64,000 bases of DNA from Gammaproteobacteria bacterium (GCA_030066665.1 JASJBD010000003.1:3565-67564); one strand, 5' to 3'; counted from the stretch's first letter, positions 20,554-30,422 are shown. A program made the numbers and translations. Notes: a model not told the origin generated them from the letters alone.

Positions 20554-21642
20554 TTGAGAACAATAATTGCCATGCTCGTCGTCGCCGCGGTCCTTGCCGG
20601 CGGCTATTGGTACCTGATGCAGGCCGAGGCCCCGAGCGGGCGGCCCCGCGGCGGCTTTCCGACTCTCGTCGTTGCCGAACCGGTGACGCGCCAACCACTG
20701 GTGCTCACGGTCGAAGCGCTCGGCACGGCCCGTGCGAATGAATCGGTCACGCTCACCGCCAGCCTGACGGACACGGTCCGGCGCGTGAATTTCGATGACG
20801 GTGACTACGTGCAGGCCGGCACCGTGCTGATCGAACTCACCAACGAGGAGGAGGAAGCGCAACTGGCCGAGGCCCGGGCCAATCTCGATGAAGCTCGCCG
20901 GCAATTACGCCGGCTCGAGGATCTGGACAAACAGGGCATCGCCGCGACGTCCGACGTGGACGAGGCGCGATCATTGGCGAAAGCAGCCCAAGCCCGGCTG
21001 AATTCCGTAATCGCCCGGCTAGAGGATCGATTGATACGCGCACCGTTCAGTGGCGTGCTCGGTTTTCGCGAAGTGAGTCCCGGCACACTCGTGACGCCGG
21101 GCGACGCCATTACGACGATCGACGACGTATCCACCATTAAACTCGACTTCACGGTGCCGGAAACCGTGCTCGGTTTGATGCAGCCGGGCAGAAAAGTCTT
21201 TGCGCGTAGCGTGAGCTGGGGTGATCGCGAATTCGAGGGTGAATTGCGCGCGGTCGGATCGCGCGTGGATCCGGTGACCCGTGCCGCAGTAGTCCGCGCT
21301 CTAATTGACAACAAGGACCGGGCGCTGCGGCCCGGGATGTTGTTGACCGTGCGGGTAGTCGCCGAGGAAAGAACTGCTTTACTGATTCCGGAACGAGCTG
21401 TGGTCCAGATCGGCGACTCGGCGTTCGTCTACCGCTACGGGGACGACGACACCGCGCAGCGCCAGCCGGTGGAGCTGGGCGCGCGGCAGGCTGGCGTGGT
21501 GGAAATCGTCGGCGGACTCAGCGAAGGCGACCTGGTAATTACCGAGGGTGTCGTGAAACTGCGGCCCGGCATTTCCGTCAGGACGGCAGACGACGAGCAG
21601 CCCAGCAGGCTCGCGCAACCGGGTTCGCGACCGTCGCCATGA
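20554..21642 (+). CDS. RND efflux periplasmic adaptor (membrane fusion protein)
   Basis: TM/signal anchor, a coiled-coil hairpin (EEAQLAEARANLDEARRQLRRLEDL), then beta-barrel motifs (IRAPFSGVLG, VEIVGGLSEGDLVITEG). The start is TTG 20554 or ATG 20572. Confidence 0.85.
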   Translation: MRTIIAMLVVAAVLAGGYWYLMQAEAPSGRPRGGFPTLVVAEPVTRQPLVLTVEALGTARANESVTLTASLTDTVRRVNFDDGDYVQAGTVLIELTNEEEEAQLAEARANLDEARRQLRRLEDLDKQGIAATSDVDEARSLAKAAQARLNSVIARLEDRLIRAPFSGVLGFREVSPGTLVTPGDAITTIDDVSTIKLDFTVPETVLGLMQPGRKVFARSVSWGDREFEGELRAVGSRVDPVTRAAVVRALIDNKDRALRPGMLLTVRVVAEERTALLIPERAVVQIGDSAFVYRYGDDDTAQRQPVELGARQAGVVEIVGGLSEGDLVITEGVVKLRPGISVRTADDEQPSRLAQPGSRPSP

Positions 21643-21654
21643 GGCTCGACTGAC

Positions 21655-24600
21655 ATGTGGCTTTCAGACATTTCCGTCAAAAGGCCGGTTTTCGCCACCG
21701 TGATTGCGATGTTGTTGGTCGCGTTCGGCGCGCTCGCGTTCAACGACCTGGCGGTGCGGGAATATCCCGATATCTCGGCGCCGATCGTTACGGTAGAGGT
21801 CGATTATCCCGGCGCGTCTGCCGAAGTCGTCGAGAGCCGCATTACGCAGATTCTCGAACGGCAGGTCAGCGGCATCGAAGGCGCGAAGGCCATCACGTCG
21901 CGGAGCTCGGATGGCCGGGCATCAATCTCCGTCGAGTTCAGCCTGGATCGCGATATCGATGAAGCTGCGAATGATGTGCGGGATCGCGTGTCACGTGTCG
22001 CGCGCCGGCTGCCGGACGATGTGGAGGCACCGATCATTGCGAAGCAGGATGCCGACGCCCAGCCGATCGTCTACCTGAACCTCGAAAGCCCGAACATGAA
22101 CGCAATGGAACTCACGGACTACGCGGAGCGGTATATCCGCGATCGCCTGGCCGTGATTCCCGGCGTGTCGCAGGTGAACGTGAATGGCCTCGGCAGGCCA
22201 TCCATGCGTATCTGGCTGGACCGGGTCGCACTCGCGGCTCGCAACCTGACGGTGGCTGACATCGAGTCGGCGTTACGTCGCGAGAACGTTGAACTGCCAG
22301 CCGGCCGGGTCGACTCGACCGAACGGGAGTTCCAGGTGCGGCTCGCCCGCAACTACACGACACCCGAGGAGTTCCGCAACCTGGTCATTACCGAGGGCGC
22401 CGACGGTCACCTCGTGCGCCTGGGTGAAGTTGCGGATGTCGAGATCGGACCGCGCAACACGCGCACGATTTTCCGCACGAACGGCAAGAACTCGGTCGGT
22501 TTCGGCATCGTGAAGCAATCCAAGGCGAATACCGTCGAGGTCATCAGCGGGCTGGACAAAGAAATGGAGCGCATCGGCAGCCAGTTGCCGCCCGGCATGT
22601 CACTGGCCAAGAGCAGCGACGACTCCCTGTTTATTCGAGCCGCAATCCGGGCCGTCTATGTCACCATCACGATCACGACCGTACTGGTAGGCCTGGTGAT
22701 CCTGTTCTTCCTCGGCAGTGTCCGGGCGATGATCATTCCGGTAACCACCATCCCGGTGTGCCTGATCTCAGCTTTCATCGTGCTGGATATCTTCGGTTTC
22801 ACCATCAACCTGGTGACGTTGCTGGCGCTGGTCATCTGCATTGGGCTGGTTGTAGATGATTCCATCGTGGTGCTGGAAAATGTGCACCGGCGCATCGAGC
22901 GCGGCGAGTCACCACTGCTGGCGTCCTATAAGGGCACCCGCCAGGTCGCCTTCGCGGTGATTGCCACGACCGCGGTGCTGGTGGCGGTTTTCGCGCCGAT
23001 CGCCTTCCTCAAGGACAACATCGGGCGGATATTCGCCGAGCTCGCGGTAACCGTTTGCGCCGCGGTGATTTTTTCCAGCATTCTTGCCCTGTCTCTGGCA
23101 CCGATGATGTGTTCGAAGCTGCTGCGGCCGGCCACGCACCAGAAAAAATCCATGCGCATGCTCGATAAAGGCTTCGACCGGCTGGCAGGCACGTATCAGC
23201 GCGGGCTGGAAGCCAGTTTGCGCGTGCCGGCGGCGGTGGTTTTATTGATGGTGATGATTGCCGGCGGCGCGTGGTCATTGTTTCAGGCGATGCCAGAAGA
23301 GTATGCCCCCCAGGAAGATCAGGGCATTTTCTTCGCCATCGTACGCGCCGCGGAGGGAACCAGTGTCGATCACATGGCGGTGCAGATGGAAAAAATCGAG
23401 CGCCCGATGATGCCACTGATCGAATCGGGAGACGTGCAGCGGTTGCTCGTCCGCGCACCGAGCTGGGGCGCAACCGCGCCCAGCGGCGGCGTCGTGATCG
23501 TGACCATGGCGCCGTGGGGCGAGCGGGAAATATCGACCTCGGATGCGCGCGTGCAAATGATGCGCGCCTGGAGCCAGATTCCCGAGGTGCGCGCATTTAC
23601 CTTCATGCGCTCCGGTATTTCGCGGCACGGTGGCGGCCAACCGGTGCAATTTGTGCTGGGCGGGACCAATTACGAAGAACTCGCTGAATGGCGCGATCTG
23701 ATTCTGCGCAGAGCTGCACGGAATCCCGGATTGACCCGTGTCGATTCCGATCTGAAAGAAACGCAACCACAGTTGCTGGTGCGCATCGACAAGGATCGTG
23801 CGGCGGCCCTGGGTGTATCCGTGCAGGATGTCGGCAATACGCTCAAGACCATGATGAGCGAACAGGTCGTCACCACGTACGTCGTGGACGGCGAGGAATA
23901 TGATGTCGTCCTGCAGGGCAAGGAAGAGCAGCGCACGACCGCCGCCGATCTCGAAAACATCTACGTGCGCTCGAATCGTTCAGGTGAATTGATCCCGTTA
24001 TCGAACCTCGTGGTCACAGAAGACACCGCCGGCGCCGGGGTGATGAACCGCTATAACCGCCTGCGCGCCGTCACGATCAGTGCAACACCCGCTCCCGGCT
24101 ATGCGCTGAGTGACGCACTGGAGTTTCTCGAAGACGTGGTCCGCACCGAATTGCCGGCCACGGCGAGAATCAGCTACAAGGGCGAGTCACTGGAATACAA
24201 GGAGTCCGCCGGCGCCACGTATTTCACCTTTGGCATCGCGTTGCTGGTGGTGTTCCTCGTGCTGGCGGCGCAGTTCGAGAGTTTCGTGCACCCGCTGATA
24301 ATCATGGTCACTGTGCCCCTCGCGCTGGCTGGCGGCCTGGTCGGCCTGACGCTGGCTGGCAAGACGATAAACATCTACAGCCAGATCGGGGTGCTGATCC
24401 TGATTGGCATTGCAGCCAAGAACGGCGTACTGATCGTCGAGTTCATCAATCAACTCCGGGATGCAGGGGTCGAGTTCAGGGAGGCCATTGTGCGCGGCGC
24501 GCGGATCCGGTTCCGGCCCATCGTCATGACCACGGTATCGACGCTGATGGGCTCCATTCCGCTGATGCTGGCCACCGGGCCCGGATCAGAAAGCCGCAGC

Positions 24601-24750
24601 ACGCTCGGGATCGTGATGTTTTCCGGGGTCGCCTTCGCGGCGCTGTTCACACTGTTCGTCGTGCCGGTTTTCTACTCGCTGTTCGCGCGCTCGACCGGCA
24701 CACCGGATGCAGTTGCGCGAGAGCTAGAGGACTTGCAGGCCCAGGGCTAA
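21655..24750 (+). CDS. RND efflux permease (AcrB/AcrD/AcrF family)
   Basis: 1031 aa. The N-terminus is MWLSDISVKRPVFATVIAMLLV. There are 12-TM and two large periplasmic loops, and typical motifs VDDSIVVLENV and AAKNGVLIVEF. Confidence 0.92.
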   Translation: MWLSDISVKRPVFATVIAMLLVAFGALAFNDLAVREYPDISAPIVTVEVDYPGASAEVVESRITQILERQVSGIEGAKAITSRSSDGRASISVEFSLDRDIDEAANDVRDRVSRVARRLPDDVEAPIIAKQDADAQPIVYLNLESPNMNAMELTDYAERYIRDRLAVIPGVSQVNVNGLGRPSMRIWLDRVALAARNLTVADIESALRRENVELPAGRVDSTEREFQVRLARNYTTPEEFRNLVITEGADGHLVRLGEVADVEIGPRNTRTIFRTNGKNSVGFGIVKQSKANTVEVISGLDKEMERIGSQLPPGMSLAKSSDDSLFIRAAIRAVYVTITITTVLVGLVILFFLGSVRAMIIPVTTIPVCLISAFIVLDIFGFTINLVTLLALVICIGLVVDDSIVVLENVHRRIERGESPLLASYKGTRQVAFAVIATTAVLVAVFAPIAFLKDNIGRIFAELAVTVCAAVIFSSILALSLAPMMCSKLLRPATHQKKSMRMLDKGFDRLAGTYQRGLEASLRVPAAVVLLMVMIAGGAWSLFQAMPEEYAPQEDQGIFFAIVRAAEGTSVDHMAVQMEKIERPMMPLIESGDVQRLLVRAPSWGATAPSGGVVIVTMAPWGEREISTSDARVQMMRAWSQIPEVRAFTFMRSGISRHGGGQPVQFVLGGTNYEELAEWRDLILRRAARNPGLTRVDSDLKETQPQLLVRIDKDRAAALGVSVQDVGNTLKTMMSEQVVTTYVVDGEEYDVVLQGKEEQRTTAADLENIYVRSNRSGELIPLSNLVVTEDTAGAGVMNRYNRLRAVTISATPAPGYALSDALEFLEDVVRTELPATARISYKGESLEYKESAGATYFTFGIALLVVFLVLAAQFESFVHPLIIMVTVPLALAGGLVGLTLAGKTINIYSQIGVLILIGIAAKNGVLIVEFINQLRDAGVEFREAIVRGARIRFRPIVMTTVSTLMGSIPLMLATGPGSESRSTLGIVMFSGVAFAALFTLFVVPVFYSLFARSTGTPDAVARELEDLQAQG

Positions 24751-25394
24751 GACCGCCGCAGGAATATACCTAGTGCCGCCATCCAGATCGGAAACAGCTG
24801 GATGTAGGCAAAGCCTGCGGGTGGAAAAATCAGCGACGCAATCCCGGGAAGCGTATTCACCCAGCCATACCAGCCGAACCATTTCGGGAAACGGCCGGTC
24901 TTCAGCGTGCACCACGCGACCTGCCCGGCAAACCAGCCCAGCCCGATCACCGCGAGGATATTGATCCAGCTCCGGAGCAGCGTGCTCATCAACAGAATTT
25001 CGGTGTTGTATGCGGGATTCAACTCCCGCAATAGCCCGGCGACCAAAGTGCCCGGCACGTCGGCAATGCCGGTGAGCAGAAACCCCAGTCCTGACAGGCA
25101 GGCGGAAAGCAGAATAAGGCGCGCGGCGGCCGGATGAGCGTCACGGAACAGGTCCATCAGGCCAAGCCCCAGGAACAGCATGGAGAATCCGACGACGATA
25201 TGTGCAATCCCGCTGGAGGTGAACGAGAACGAGCCAATCGCATTTTCGATCTTGCCCATGTCGCCGTAGTCGGTAGCCTTGTTCTCGAAACCGAGCGTGT
25301 AGGGCTCGAGGTACAGCGCGTTCAAATTGTGGATCAACAGCCCGACAACGATCAGGAAAGCAGCCGTGCTCGCGGCTTTGATGGAAATTCGCAT
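24747..25394 (-). CDS. Hypothetical polytopic membrane protein
   Basis: Start moved to MRISIKAASTAAFLIVVGLL (25394). The 145-aa upstream extension in the track ORF is Arg/Pro-rich junk. There are 5-6 hydrophobic segments. Confidence 0.6.
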   Translation of the reverse strand: MRISIKAASTAAFLIVVGLLIHNLNALYLEPYTLGFENKATDYGDMGKIENAIGSFSFTSSGIAHIVVGFSMLFLGLGLMDLFRDAHPAAARLILLSACLSGLGFLLTGIADVPGTLVAGLLRELNPAYNTEILLMSTLLRSWINILAVIGLGWFAGQVAWCTLKTGRFPKWFGWYGWVNTLPGIASLIFPPAGFAYIQLFPIWMAALGIFLRRS

Positions 25395-25444
25395 ATATCC
25401 CCCGCCTGCCCCGACATCCTGTATATATCGTGCTGTAGATAGTG

Positions 25445-26134
25445 ATGAACTCGGGCGAAGACAAAATAACGCATCCGCGGCGCGTACGCAGCTTTGTACG
25501 GCGTGCCGGGCGAGTGACCGCGGGCCAGCAACGGGCACTACGCGAACTGTGGCCGCGCTGGGGTCTGGATGAAGTCTCCGATGAGCTGGACCTGGACGCG
25601 ATCTTCGGTCGGCAGGCGCCGCGTGTTGTCGAGATCGGTTTCGGCGATGGCGAGAGCCTGGTCGCAATGGCCGCTGCGAACCCGGAACTGGATTTTGTCG
25701 GTATTGAAGTGCACGAGCCGGGCGTGGGTCATTGTCTGCTGCAGCTCGACGCAGCGAACCTGTCGAATCTGCGGCTGATCCGGCACGACGCGATCGAGGT
25801 GCTGGCGGGCTGGCTGCCAGCGCAATCAATCGATCGCGTGCAGTTGTTCTTTCCGGACCCGTGGCCGAAGAAACGCCATCACAAACGCCGGATCGTTCAA
25901 CCCGGCTTCATTGCCCTGCTGCGGCGCATCCTGAAGCCTGGCGGCGTAATGCAGGTTGCAACCGATTGGGCCAACTATGCGGAGCATATCGAAGACGTGA
26001 TGCGGCAGGAGACCGATTTCGAGCGCATTGCAATCGATAGCGGTCGACTGGAGACGAAGTTCGAACGACGCGGCCAACGGCTCGGTCACGATATTGTCGA
26101 TCTGAGTTACCGTCTGGCGTCCGCGGTGCGATAA
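25445..26134 (+). CDS. trmB: tRNA (guanine46-N7)-methyltransferase
   Basis: RSFVRRAGRVTAGQQRAL...VVEIGFGDGESL...GIEVHEPGV...LFFPDPWPKKRHHKRR are TrmB signature motifs. Confidence 0.92.
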   Translation: MNSGEDKITHPRRVRSFVRRAGRVTAGQQRALRELWPRWGLDEVSDELDLDAIFGRQAPRVVEIGFGDGESLVAMAAANPELDFVGIEVHEPGVGHCLLQLDAANLSNLRLIRHDAIEVLAGWLPAQSIDRVQLFFPDPWPKKRHHKRRIVQPGFIALLRRILKPGGVMQVATDWANYAEHIEDVMRQETDFERIAIDSGRLETKFERRGQRLGHDIVDLSYRLASAVR

Positions 26135-26703
26135 CCGGACTCGGATGCGACACCGAAGCGGTACACGAACGACGTCATGAAGATGTCGATGCCGTCATTG
26201 GGTTTTTCAAAGTTGGCGTTCGAGTAATGAAAATAATTGAAAACCAGCGCATGCTGATGTTTGTCGCCAAAGCGCAACCCGAGACCAATGCGATCTTCGA
26301 ACTGAAAATGCGTCGATAACTCGCGACCGTCAATCTCATGGTCGGAGAGCAGCGACACACCGACTGCGATGTCGATATACGGAAACAGACCGAGCGGTCG
26401 CGCGCTGAATTCGTAGACCCAGACCGGTGACGCAGCAAGCAGGACGATCTCATTATCATTGCCGTCCCAGACGCCCACACTGAAATCCCAGTTGCCGGTC
26501 AGACGCCCGACTTTTGATTCGAACCAAGTGCGCTTGAATTCGTCCCGCAAACTGAAGCGATAGGCGACGATATCCTCGTTCGCCGGGCCCGCTCCAAAGG
26601 TCATGCCATCGAGTTCGATCGCCTGTAATGACATGGACACGAAGAGCAGCGCGGTGGCGCAAAGAGTTTCGCGCAGCCGGCTCTTTGTTGTGCCGGTTCT
26701 CAT
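26107..26703 (-). CDS. pagL: Lipid A 3-O-deacylase / acyloxyacyl hydrolase (PagL family) outer-membrane protein
   Basis: Signal peptide and an 8-strand-like pattern. The catalytic-type motif is NYFHYSNANFEKPNDGIDIF. The 3' end overlaps the trmB 3' end by 28 nt. Confidence 0.72.
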   Translation of the reverse strand: MRTGTTKSRLRETLCATALLFVSMSLQAIELDGMTFGAGPANEDIVAYRFSLRDEFKRTWFESKVGRLTGNWDFSVGVWDGNDNEIVLLAASPVWVYEFSARPLGLFPYIDIAVGVSLLSDHEIDGRELSTHFQFEDRIGLGLRFGDKHQHALVFNYFHYSNANFEKPNDGIDIFMTSFVYRFGVASESGYRTADARR

Positions 26704-26893
26704 TGTTATGTCCGTTTCTAGCTCCCTGCCGTAAGTCTAAGCCAAATCTGCGAACCAGTGGTGCAAAACGATCGCCGATCGCGCTCGTTGTTCGCACAGA
26801 AGATGAACGCATTTAACTTCTGCGCTATAAACATAATCGTCTGCCACCCGTTTGCTGTCGGAAATGCGACACGCCCGGGTGGCGGCAAACTGA

Positions 26894-27199
26894 CATGGAA
26901 CAAGGCCTCATGGGGTAATTGATCCACAGGTAGGAAGTTGGTACCGCAGGCTCGACGGGCGCCTGTTCGAAGTTGTCGCGGTCGATGAGGCGGAACGGAC
27001 CGTCGAAATCCAGAATTTCGACGGCACCATTGGCGAACTGGAATTCGACATCTGGCACGAGCTGAAACTGGAATCAGCCGTGGCGCCGGAAGACTGGACC
27101 GGTGCAGTAGACGTCGATCACGCTACGGTCCCGGAGATGTCAGACGTTACCAGCCAGGTCTGGACCGACCCGCTGGATTTCGTCGATCACCTGGAGTAG
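26894..27199 (+). pseudogene. Small acidic conserved-looking ORF with no in-frame start; ATGs at 26895 and 26910 are one frame off across a G4 run
   Basis: My translation of the frame ending at TAG 27197-27199 is ...VIDPQVGSWYRRLDGRLFEVVAVDEAERTVEIQNFDGTIGELEFDIWHELKLESAVAPEDWTGAVDVDHATVPEMSDVTSQVWTDPLDFVDHLE. About 72% of codons end in G/C by hand count. There is no ATG/GTG/TTG upstream in frame. Confidence 0.4.
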
Positions 27200-27257
27200 C
27201 CGCCTGCCAGCAAACCAGGCCACTGGCGCGTGACAGGGCGCGCGTGGGTTGTATTTG

Positions 27258-27644
27258 TCACTGCATCTGAATCGTGTCCAGCGCGTCCTGCAAAGTTGTC
27301 GGTGCGCGCACCATCACCCTGCCCCGATGCTCGCGGCAGTCGAGCACCAGCAGGTCGCGACCGACACAGGGCCCCGCCACGCATACACCGGTCTCCGCGA
27401 CAAATAACGCACCATGCGACGCGCACCGGACCAGGCGTCCCTCGTCGGCGAGGAAATGATCCATTGGCACATCCAGCGGATGGCCTCGATGTGGACAGAC
27501 GTTGGCATAGGCATAGAGGGCGCCATTCAGTCGCACGACGAAACCGCGAAACGGCCAGTCACCGTCGCCGGTTTCGAAACTACGCGCACCCGGATCCGCA
27601 AGATCCGCAACGCGACAGACTTCCCACTCCGGCCAATCAGGCAC
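27258..27644 (-). CDS. Small Rieske [2Fe-2S] domain protein
   Basis: CPHRGHPLD...RCASHGALF form the Rieske ligands (C-x-H...C-x2-H). 128 aa. The start overlaps the ampG stop by 8 nt. Confidence 0.8.
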   Translation of the reverse strand: MPDWPEWEVCRVADLADPGARSFETGDGDWPFRGFVVRLNGALYAYANVCPHRGHPLDVPMDHFLADEGRLVRCASHGALFVAETGVCVAGPCVGRDLLVLDCREHRGRVMVRAPTTLQDALDTIQMQ

Positions 27645-28950
27645 TGGCCTGGGGGCGGCGCGTCACCATTACCGCAAGGATCACGGCTGGCAGGCCCATT
27701 GCCGAGGCGTAGACGAAGAAACTGAACCAGTCCACCGCTTCCACAATCTGACCCGAAAATCCGCTGATGAATTTGCCGGGCAGGGTCATCAGTGACGAAA
27801 ACAGCGCGTACTGAGTCGCGGTATAGGCGACATTCGTGAGGCCGGACAGGTAGGCAATGAACACGGTGCCCGTGAATCCGGCGGCGAGGTTGTCGGCGCT
27901 GATGGTGAGCACCAGGAACCACAGTTCCGGGCCATACGCTGCCATCGCAGCGAAAAACAGGTTGGTGACCGCGAGCAATACCGCCCCGAAGACCAGCGGC
28001 CCGTTCAACCCGTAACGGGCCACCGCGACACCGCCCAGCGCGGCGCCACTCAGTGTGACAACCACGCCGAATACCTTCGTAATCGCCGCGATTTCCTTCA
28101 ATGTAAAGCCGATGTCGATATAGAACGGGTTTGCCATGACCCCGAGCACCATATCGCTGACCCGGTAGAAGCCGATGAACATCAGCAGCAACAATGCTGC
28201 CCGGCCGTTGCGTCGAAAGAATTCCGCGAACGGGCCGATTACGGCCTCGGCAAACCAGTGGCTCAAGCGAACCAATGACTTCTGGGTCTGATCAGTGACG
28301 GCCGGTGGAACAGCAGTTTCCGGTTCGGCAATGACGAGTACCGTGATGACGCCGATCAGCATCAGCGCAGCCATGGTCTGATAGGCCAGTTCCCAGCTCG
28401 CCATGTCCGCAATTACCAGCGCCCCGGCGCCCGCGGCCAGCACCGCGATGCGATAACCGGCCTGGTAGGTTGCCGCCATCGCGCCCTGCAGGCGCAGTTC
28501 AACAGCCTCGATGCGGTAGGCATCGATCGCGATGTCCTGCGTCGCGGACGCAAACGCTGCCAACAAGGCGAAGGCGGCGACGCCGGCGAGGTTCGTCGCT
28601 GGATCGCTTGCGGCAAATCCGAGCAGGCCCGCGATGACGCCGAGCTGCGCCAGCAGCATCCAGCCCCGACGCCGGCCGAGTGTTGTGGTCAGCCCCGGCA
28701 GCGGCATCCGATCGACCAGCGGCGCCCACAGGAATTTGAGCGAATAGGCAATGCCAACCCACGCAAACATACCGATCTCGGCCATGCTTACCTCGGCAAT
28801 AGCCAGCCAGGCGGTTAGCGTGCCGGCTACCAGCAGGAATGGCAGGCCGGCCGAGAAGCCGAGAAACAGCATCGCAATAACCCGCGGATGCAGGTAGATG
28901 CGCAGGATGCTGCGCCAGTCGCCTGGCCGGCCTGTGGCCTCAGAAGTCAT
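27637..28950 (-). CDS. ampG: AmpG family muropeptide MFS permease
   Basis: RIYLHPRVIAMLFLGFSAGLPFLLVAGTLTAWL...WAPLVDRMPLPGL...RRGWML is a typical AmpG N-terminus. About 12-14 TM segments. Confidence 0.85.
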   Translation of the reverse strand: MTSEATGRPGDWRSILRIYLHPRVIAMLFLGFSAGLPFLLVAGTLTAWLAIAEVSMAEIGMFAWVGIAYSLKFLWAPLVDRMPLPGLTTTLGRRRGWMLLAQLGVIAGLLGFAASDPATNLAGVAAFALLAAFASATQDIAIDAYRIEAVELRLQGAMAATYQAGYRIAVLAAGAGALVIADMASWELAYQTMAALMLIGVITVLVIAEPETAVPPAVTDQTQKSLVRLSHWFAEAVIGPFAEFFRRNGRAALLLLMFIGFYRVSDMVLGVMANPFYIDIGFTLKEIAAITKVFGVVVTLSGAALGGVAVARYGLNGPLVFGAVLLAVTNLFFAAMAAYGPELWFLVLTISADNLAAGFTGTVFIAYLSGLTNVAYTATQYALFSSLMTLPGKFISGFSGQIVEAVDWFSFFVYASAMGLPAVILAVMVTRRPQASA

Positions 28951-29707
28951 AGTCCATGATCAGTGGCGCATGGTCCGAAAACCACTTGTCCTTGTAGATG
29001 CGGGCTCGCCGGGCACTGCCGTACAGCCCCCTCGACAGCACCTGGTAATCGATCCGCCACCCGACGTTCTTCGCCCGCGCCTGGCCGCGATTCGACCACC
29101 AGGTGTATTGATCCGGATCCGCGTTGACCTCGCGAAATGCATCCGAAAACCCCGTCGATCCAAACAACTCATCCATCCAGGCGCGTTCTTCCGGCAGGAA
29201 CCCGGAATTCTTTTGATTCGAGCGCCAGTTTTTCAAATCGATCTTCTTGTGGGCAATGTTCCAGTCGCCCGCGATCACGTAATCGCGCCCGCTGGCCTGC
29301 AGTTCCTGCAGGTAAGGCATGAAGACATCCATGAAGCGAAACTTGGACTGCTGGCGCTCCTCGCTCGAGGAACCAGACGGCACGTACAGAGAAATAATGC
29401 TGAGCTGCCCGAATCGCATTTCGAGATAGCGCCCCTCGTTGTCGAACTCAGGCACACCGAAACCGCGCCTGACTTCGTCCGGTTCCCGCCGGCTGTAAAG
29501 CGCGACACCACTGTAGCCTTTGCGCTCGGCATCCTCGTATTCACAGACCCAGCCGCGCGGAAAATATAGCCGGTCCTGCAACTGGGCAACTTGCGCCTTG
29601 GTTTCCTGGATACAGACGACATCAGCGCGCTGCCGCGGCAGCCAGCTGAACAGGCCTTTGCGACCGGCCGCACGAATACCGTTCGCATTCAGAGTGATGA
29701 TGCGCAT
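28940..29707 (-). CDS. xthA: Exodeoxyribonuclease III
   Basis: [14 protein letters not shown]...DVVCIQETK...[10 protein letters not shown]...NIAHKKIDL...SDHAPL are EEP-fold Xth motifs. Confidence 0.92.
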   Translation of the reverse strand: MRIITLNANGIRAAGRKGLFSWLPRQRADVVCIQETKAQVAQLQDRLYFPRGWVCEYEDAERKGYSGVALYSRREPDEVRRGFGVPEFDNEGRYLEMRFGQLSIISLYVPSGSSSEERQQSKFRFMDVFMPYLQELQASGRDYVIAGDWNIAHKKIDLKNWRSNQKNSGFLPEERAWMDELFGSTGFSDAFREVNADPDQYTWWSNRGQARAKNVGWRIDYQVLSRGLYGSARRARIYKDKWFSDHAPLIMDYDF

Positions 29708-29780
29708 CGCGAAAAACTGGAACCCAGCCGGCCGAAAAACGACTGTGCGATACTATAGAACCCGCCTCCGCCAGTCATTC

Positions 29781-30422
29781 ATGAAAGCTTACAAGACCGG
29801 TTTCATCGAACTTGCCCTCGAACTCGGCGTCCTGCGCTTTGGCGAGTTCACTCTGAAATCGGGTCGGGTCAGTCCCTATTTTTTCAATGCCGGCCTGTTC
29901 AATACCGGCCAGGCCGCAGCCAGTCTCGGCAAGTACTACGCGGCGGCCGTGCAGGACTCCGACATTGAATTCGACATGCTGTTCGGCCCCGCCTACAAGG
30001 GCATCCCGCTGGTTGCATTGACCGCCGCCGCGCTGGCGGAACAGCACGGTCGCAATCTGCCGTTCTGCTTCAATCGCAAAGAGTCAAAGGACCATGGCGA
30101 GGGCGGCAGTATCGTCGGCGCGCCGCTGCACGGCCGCGTGCTGGTGCTGGACGATGTGATCACGGCGGGAACGGCTATTCGCGAGGGCGTCGAGATCATC
30201 CGCGCCGGCGGCGCCACACCGGCCGGCGTCGTCATTGCCCTCGACCGCCAGGAACGCGGAGTTGGCTCGCAATCGGCCGTGGATGAGGTGCGCGACACGT
30301 TTGCGATGCCCGTTGCGAGTATTATCGGGATGGAAGATTTGATCGAGCATCTTGAGGCAGGTGCGGCGCACAGGGAGTTTCTAGACGCAATGCGGCAATA
30401 CCGGGCCGAGTATGGTGTCTAG
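29781..30422 (+). CDS. pyrE: Orotate phosphoribosyltransferase
   Basis: Start moved to [40 protein letters not shown]. The PRPP loop is [16 protein letters not shown]. Confidence 0.93.
   Translation: MKAYKTGFIELALELGVLRFGEFTLKSGRVSPYFFNAGLFNTGQAAASLGKYYAAAVQDSDIEFDMLFGPAYKGIPLVALTAAALAEQHGRNLPFCFNRKESKDHGEGGSIVGAPLHGRVLVLDDVITAGTAIREGVEIIRAGGATPAGVVIALDRQERGVGSQSAVDEVRDTFAMPVASIIGMEDLIEHLEAGAAHREFLDAMRQYRAEYGV

Noticed and set aside
23203-23213. Third occurrence of GGCTGGAAGCC (the core of the 61-62 kb intergenic repeat) inside the RND pump gene
   Set aside because: Only the 11-nt core matches and the flanks are unrelated. It lies in frame within a conserved coding region, so it is a chance match.
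25395-25829. 145-aa N-terminal extension of the track ORF 24747-25829
   Set aside because: The extension is Arg/Pro/Ser-rich (RSRRAGSAADS...RHRRNRSRQH) and overlaps trmB on the other strand. The hydrophobic protein plausibly starts at Met 25394.
26825-27058. 77-aa minus-strand ORF upstream of the pagL-like gene
   Set aside because: It has a start codon, but its C-terminal third is Cys/Arg-rich junk (PCSMSVCRHPGVSHFRQQTGGRRLCL). It covers only part of the region whose plus-strand frame stays coding-like up to 27199. I judge it a shadow of the plus-strand frame, without certainty.
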